Assembly (NCBI GenBank): GCA_964634305.1
Contig: CAZWLE010000004.1
Location: 35,059-99,058, forward strand
Direction: 5' to 3'
Length of the DNA stretch: 64,000 nucleotides
Origin: an uncultured Candidatus Saccharibacteria bacterium
GTDB taxonomy: Bacteria > Patescibacteriota > Minisyncoccia > Phycocordibacterales > Phycocordibacteraceae
The notes under the pieces are model-generated. The model had not been told where the DNA came from. It searched no databases and was given only the letters and a program-made list of their open reading frames with translations. Shown piece after piece: positions 62,604 through 64,000 of the stretch. Position 1 is the stretch's first letter. The number at the start of each line of letters is the position of its first letter. The position numbers and the translations under genes were made by a program.

Positions 62604-62644
62604 GACCGCGCAAGGAGGAAACTCCAAGCGCGGTCTGCTTTTAT
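62604..62644 (+). terminator. Hairpin terminator after the orphan gene; the tatD ribosome-binding site lies in its loop
   Basis: The structure is GACCGCGC-AAGGAGGAAACTCCAA-GCGCGGTC followed by TGCTTTT. Confidence 0.5.
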
Positions 62645-62658
62645 GCTAGGGTAGCGAC

Positions 62659-63444
62659 ATGAAGTATTTTGATGCGCACTGCCACGTGCAGTTTGACGCG
62701 TATGACGAGGACCGTGACGCGGTACTGGCCTCGATGCGTGAGGCTGCGGTGGGTGGCGTTATCGTTGGTACTGACCGTACGACGTCACGCCTTGCGGTTA
62801 AGGCTGCTGACGGCGTTACGCTTTTTGCCTCTATTGGCCTGCATCCAAACGACAAGCCAGGCGAAGGATTTGATGATGCGTACTATGCGGCGCTTGCTAC
62901 AGACCCGAAGGTGGTGGCGATAGGGGAGTGTGGTCTTGATTATTTTCGTCCGGAGAATCCTGAGGCAGAGAAAGCACGCCAAAAGGACGTGTTTGCCCGT
63001 CACCTCGCGCTCGCAAAAAGCACCGATAAGCCACTCATCATTCACGCGCGTCCTTCAAAAGGGTCTATGGATGCGTACGAGGATGCGCTCGACATGATTG
63101 AAGCCGAAGGGGGGCTTTCGGGTGACTTTCACTTTTTTGTGGGTGACGTAGCAACCGCAAAGCGTATAGTGGCGCTTGGCTTTACCGTTTCGTACACGGC
63201 CGTTCTCACGTTCACGAACGATTATGACGAAGTGGTTCGTTCACTACCGCTTGAGAGCATGCTCGCGGAAACCGACGCGCCGTATGTCGCTCCAGCCCCA
63301 AATCGCGGAAAGCGGAATACGCCGCTGGCAACCATAGACGTCGTATCGGCGATAGCACGTATCAGAGGGGAAGATGAGGGCATGGTTCGAGAGACCCTCC
63401 TCCGGAACGCAGAACGCGTCTTCGGTATCTCGTTGCAGGGCTAA
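62659..63444 (+). CDS. tatD: TatD-family metal-dependent DNase/hydrolase
   Basis: The N-terminus is MKYFDAHCHVQFD. Conserved GLHP and ECGLDYF segments and DAP-type C-terminal motifs are present. The ORF is 261 aa. Confidence 0.85.
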   Translation: MKYFDAHCHVQFDAYDEDRDAVLASMREAAVGGVIVGTDRTTSRLAVKAADGVTLFASIGLHPNDKPGEGFDDAYYAALATDPKVVAIGECGLDYFRPENPEAEKARQKDVFARHLALAKSTDKPLIIHARPSKGSMDAYEDALDMIEAEGGLSGDFHFFVGDVATAKRIVALGFTVSYTAVLTFTNDYDEVVRSLPLESMLAETDAPYVAPAPNRGKRNTPLATIDVVSAIARIRGEDEGMVRETLLRNAERVFGISLQG

Positions 63445-63470
63445 AGGCCCCATGCTAAGCTAGCCCCACT

Positions 63471-63962
63471 ATGGCTAAGAAGGATATTGAGGAGCGCGAT
63501 GGCGCCGAGACGGTAGACGCGGACCACGCTGAACAGCGTGTGTACGAGCTCGGGTTCCATATCGACGCTGACCTCCCAGCAGAGGAGGCAAAGAAGACCT
63601 ACCAGGCTATCCGTGGCGCTATTGCGGCTAAGGGTACGGTGGTTGCTGAGGGTGAGCCTCAGAAGATTCAGCTCGCCTACACCATTTCTCGCTCAGAGAG
63701 CGCAGGTCGCCGTGATTTTGATGCAAGCTTCTTTGCATGGGTAGCCTACGAGGCTGACGGTAAGGCACATGCAGCAGTACTGGAGATGATTCAGGAAGAG
63801 CGCCGCGTGTTCCGCTTTATCGACCTCCGCACTACCAAGGAAGAGGCCCAGCACTCCGCTGAGATGCACGAGCTCATGGCCAAGGCGAGCGTCGCCGAAG
63901 AGATCGAGCCGGAGGCGTCTGACGCAGAACTCGACGCCGCCCTCAAGGAGGCAGCCGTCTAA
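63471..63962 (+). CDS. rpsF: 30S ribosomal protein S6 with an acidic C-terminal tail
   Basis: The S6 core (YELGFHIDADL...RGAIAAKGTVVAEGEPQKIQLAYTI) is followed by a Glu/Ala-rich extension. Confidence 0.75.
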   Translation: MAKKDIEERDGAETVDADHAEQRVYELGFHIDADLPAEEAKKTYQAIRGAIAAKGTVVAEGEPQKIQLAYTISRSESAGRRDFDASFFAWVAYEADGKAHAAVLEMIQEERRVFRFIDLRTTKEEAQHSAEMHELMAKASVAEEIEPEASDAELDAALKEAAV

Positions 63963-63972
63963 GACTCCTACG

Positions 63973-64000
63973 AAAACCGCCCCAGAGGGCGGTTTTCGCT
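63973..64000 (+). terminator. Rho-independent terminator after rpsF
   Basis: The structure is AAAACCGCCC-CAGA-GGGCGGTTTT. Confidence 0.6.

Noticed and set aside
1-64000. CRISPR arrays, transposases, integrases, phage structural genes
   Set aside because: No spaced direct repeats, DDE or Tyr-recombinase motifs, or phage-like genes were detected on either strand. The islands noted have no recognisable mobility genes.

Overview
This window looks like a compact bacterial chromosome region of about mid-50s % G+C (by-eye estimate) containing the replication origin locus: rpmH-rnpA-yidC on the minus strand facing dnaA-dnaN on the plus strand, with DnaA boxes between them. Gene content suggests a reduced-genome, possibly episymbiotic lineage (Patescibacteria/CPR-like), but that assignment is inference only. 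The supporting signs are tight or overlapping genes, a VirB4-centred secretion module next to type IV pilus genes, a short MetG plus a standalone tRNA-binding protein, and rplK not followed by rplA. Main content, in order: (1) a type IV secretion-like module at 1-9253 (VirB6-like partial, PrgI/VirB3-like, a VirB4 split into N-domain and ATPase ORFs, pilin-like and secreted proteins). (2) The origin region, with an AT-rich single-gene island encoding a ThsA-like SIR2 (SIR2_2) domain protein immediately after dnaN. (3) DNA repair and replication genes (PBP1A, ruvC, yebC, ruvB, ruvA, polA, holA-like, recO), type IV pilus genes (pilB; pilMNO) and Mur ligase. (4) Ten tRNA genes, two of which flank a lower-GC island encoding a 613-aa highly charged protein. 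(5) A thymidylate/folate module (folA, 5-FCL, dcd, thyA, tmk, glyA). (6) Five aminoacyl-tRNA synthetases (argS, ileS, glyQS, metG). (7) secE-nusG-rplK ending at a terminator, and several clean rho-independent terminators. (8) Several small or orphan genes, including a standalone ClpX zinc-finger protein, a SET-domain protein, a patatin-like phospholipase, and a Fur/Zur regulator facing a ZIP transporter across a palindromic operator. No CRISPR array, transposase or integrase was seen. The ORF track uses alternative start codons and often over-extends N-termini; internal starts were chosen where homology made them obvious.
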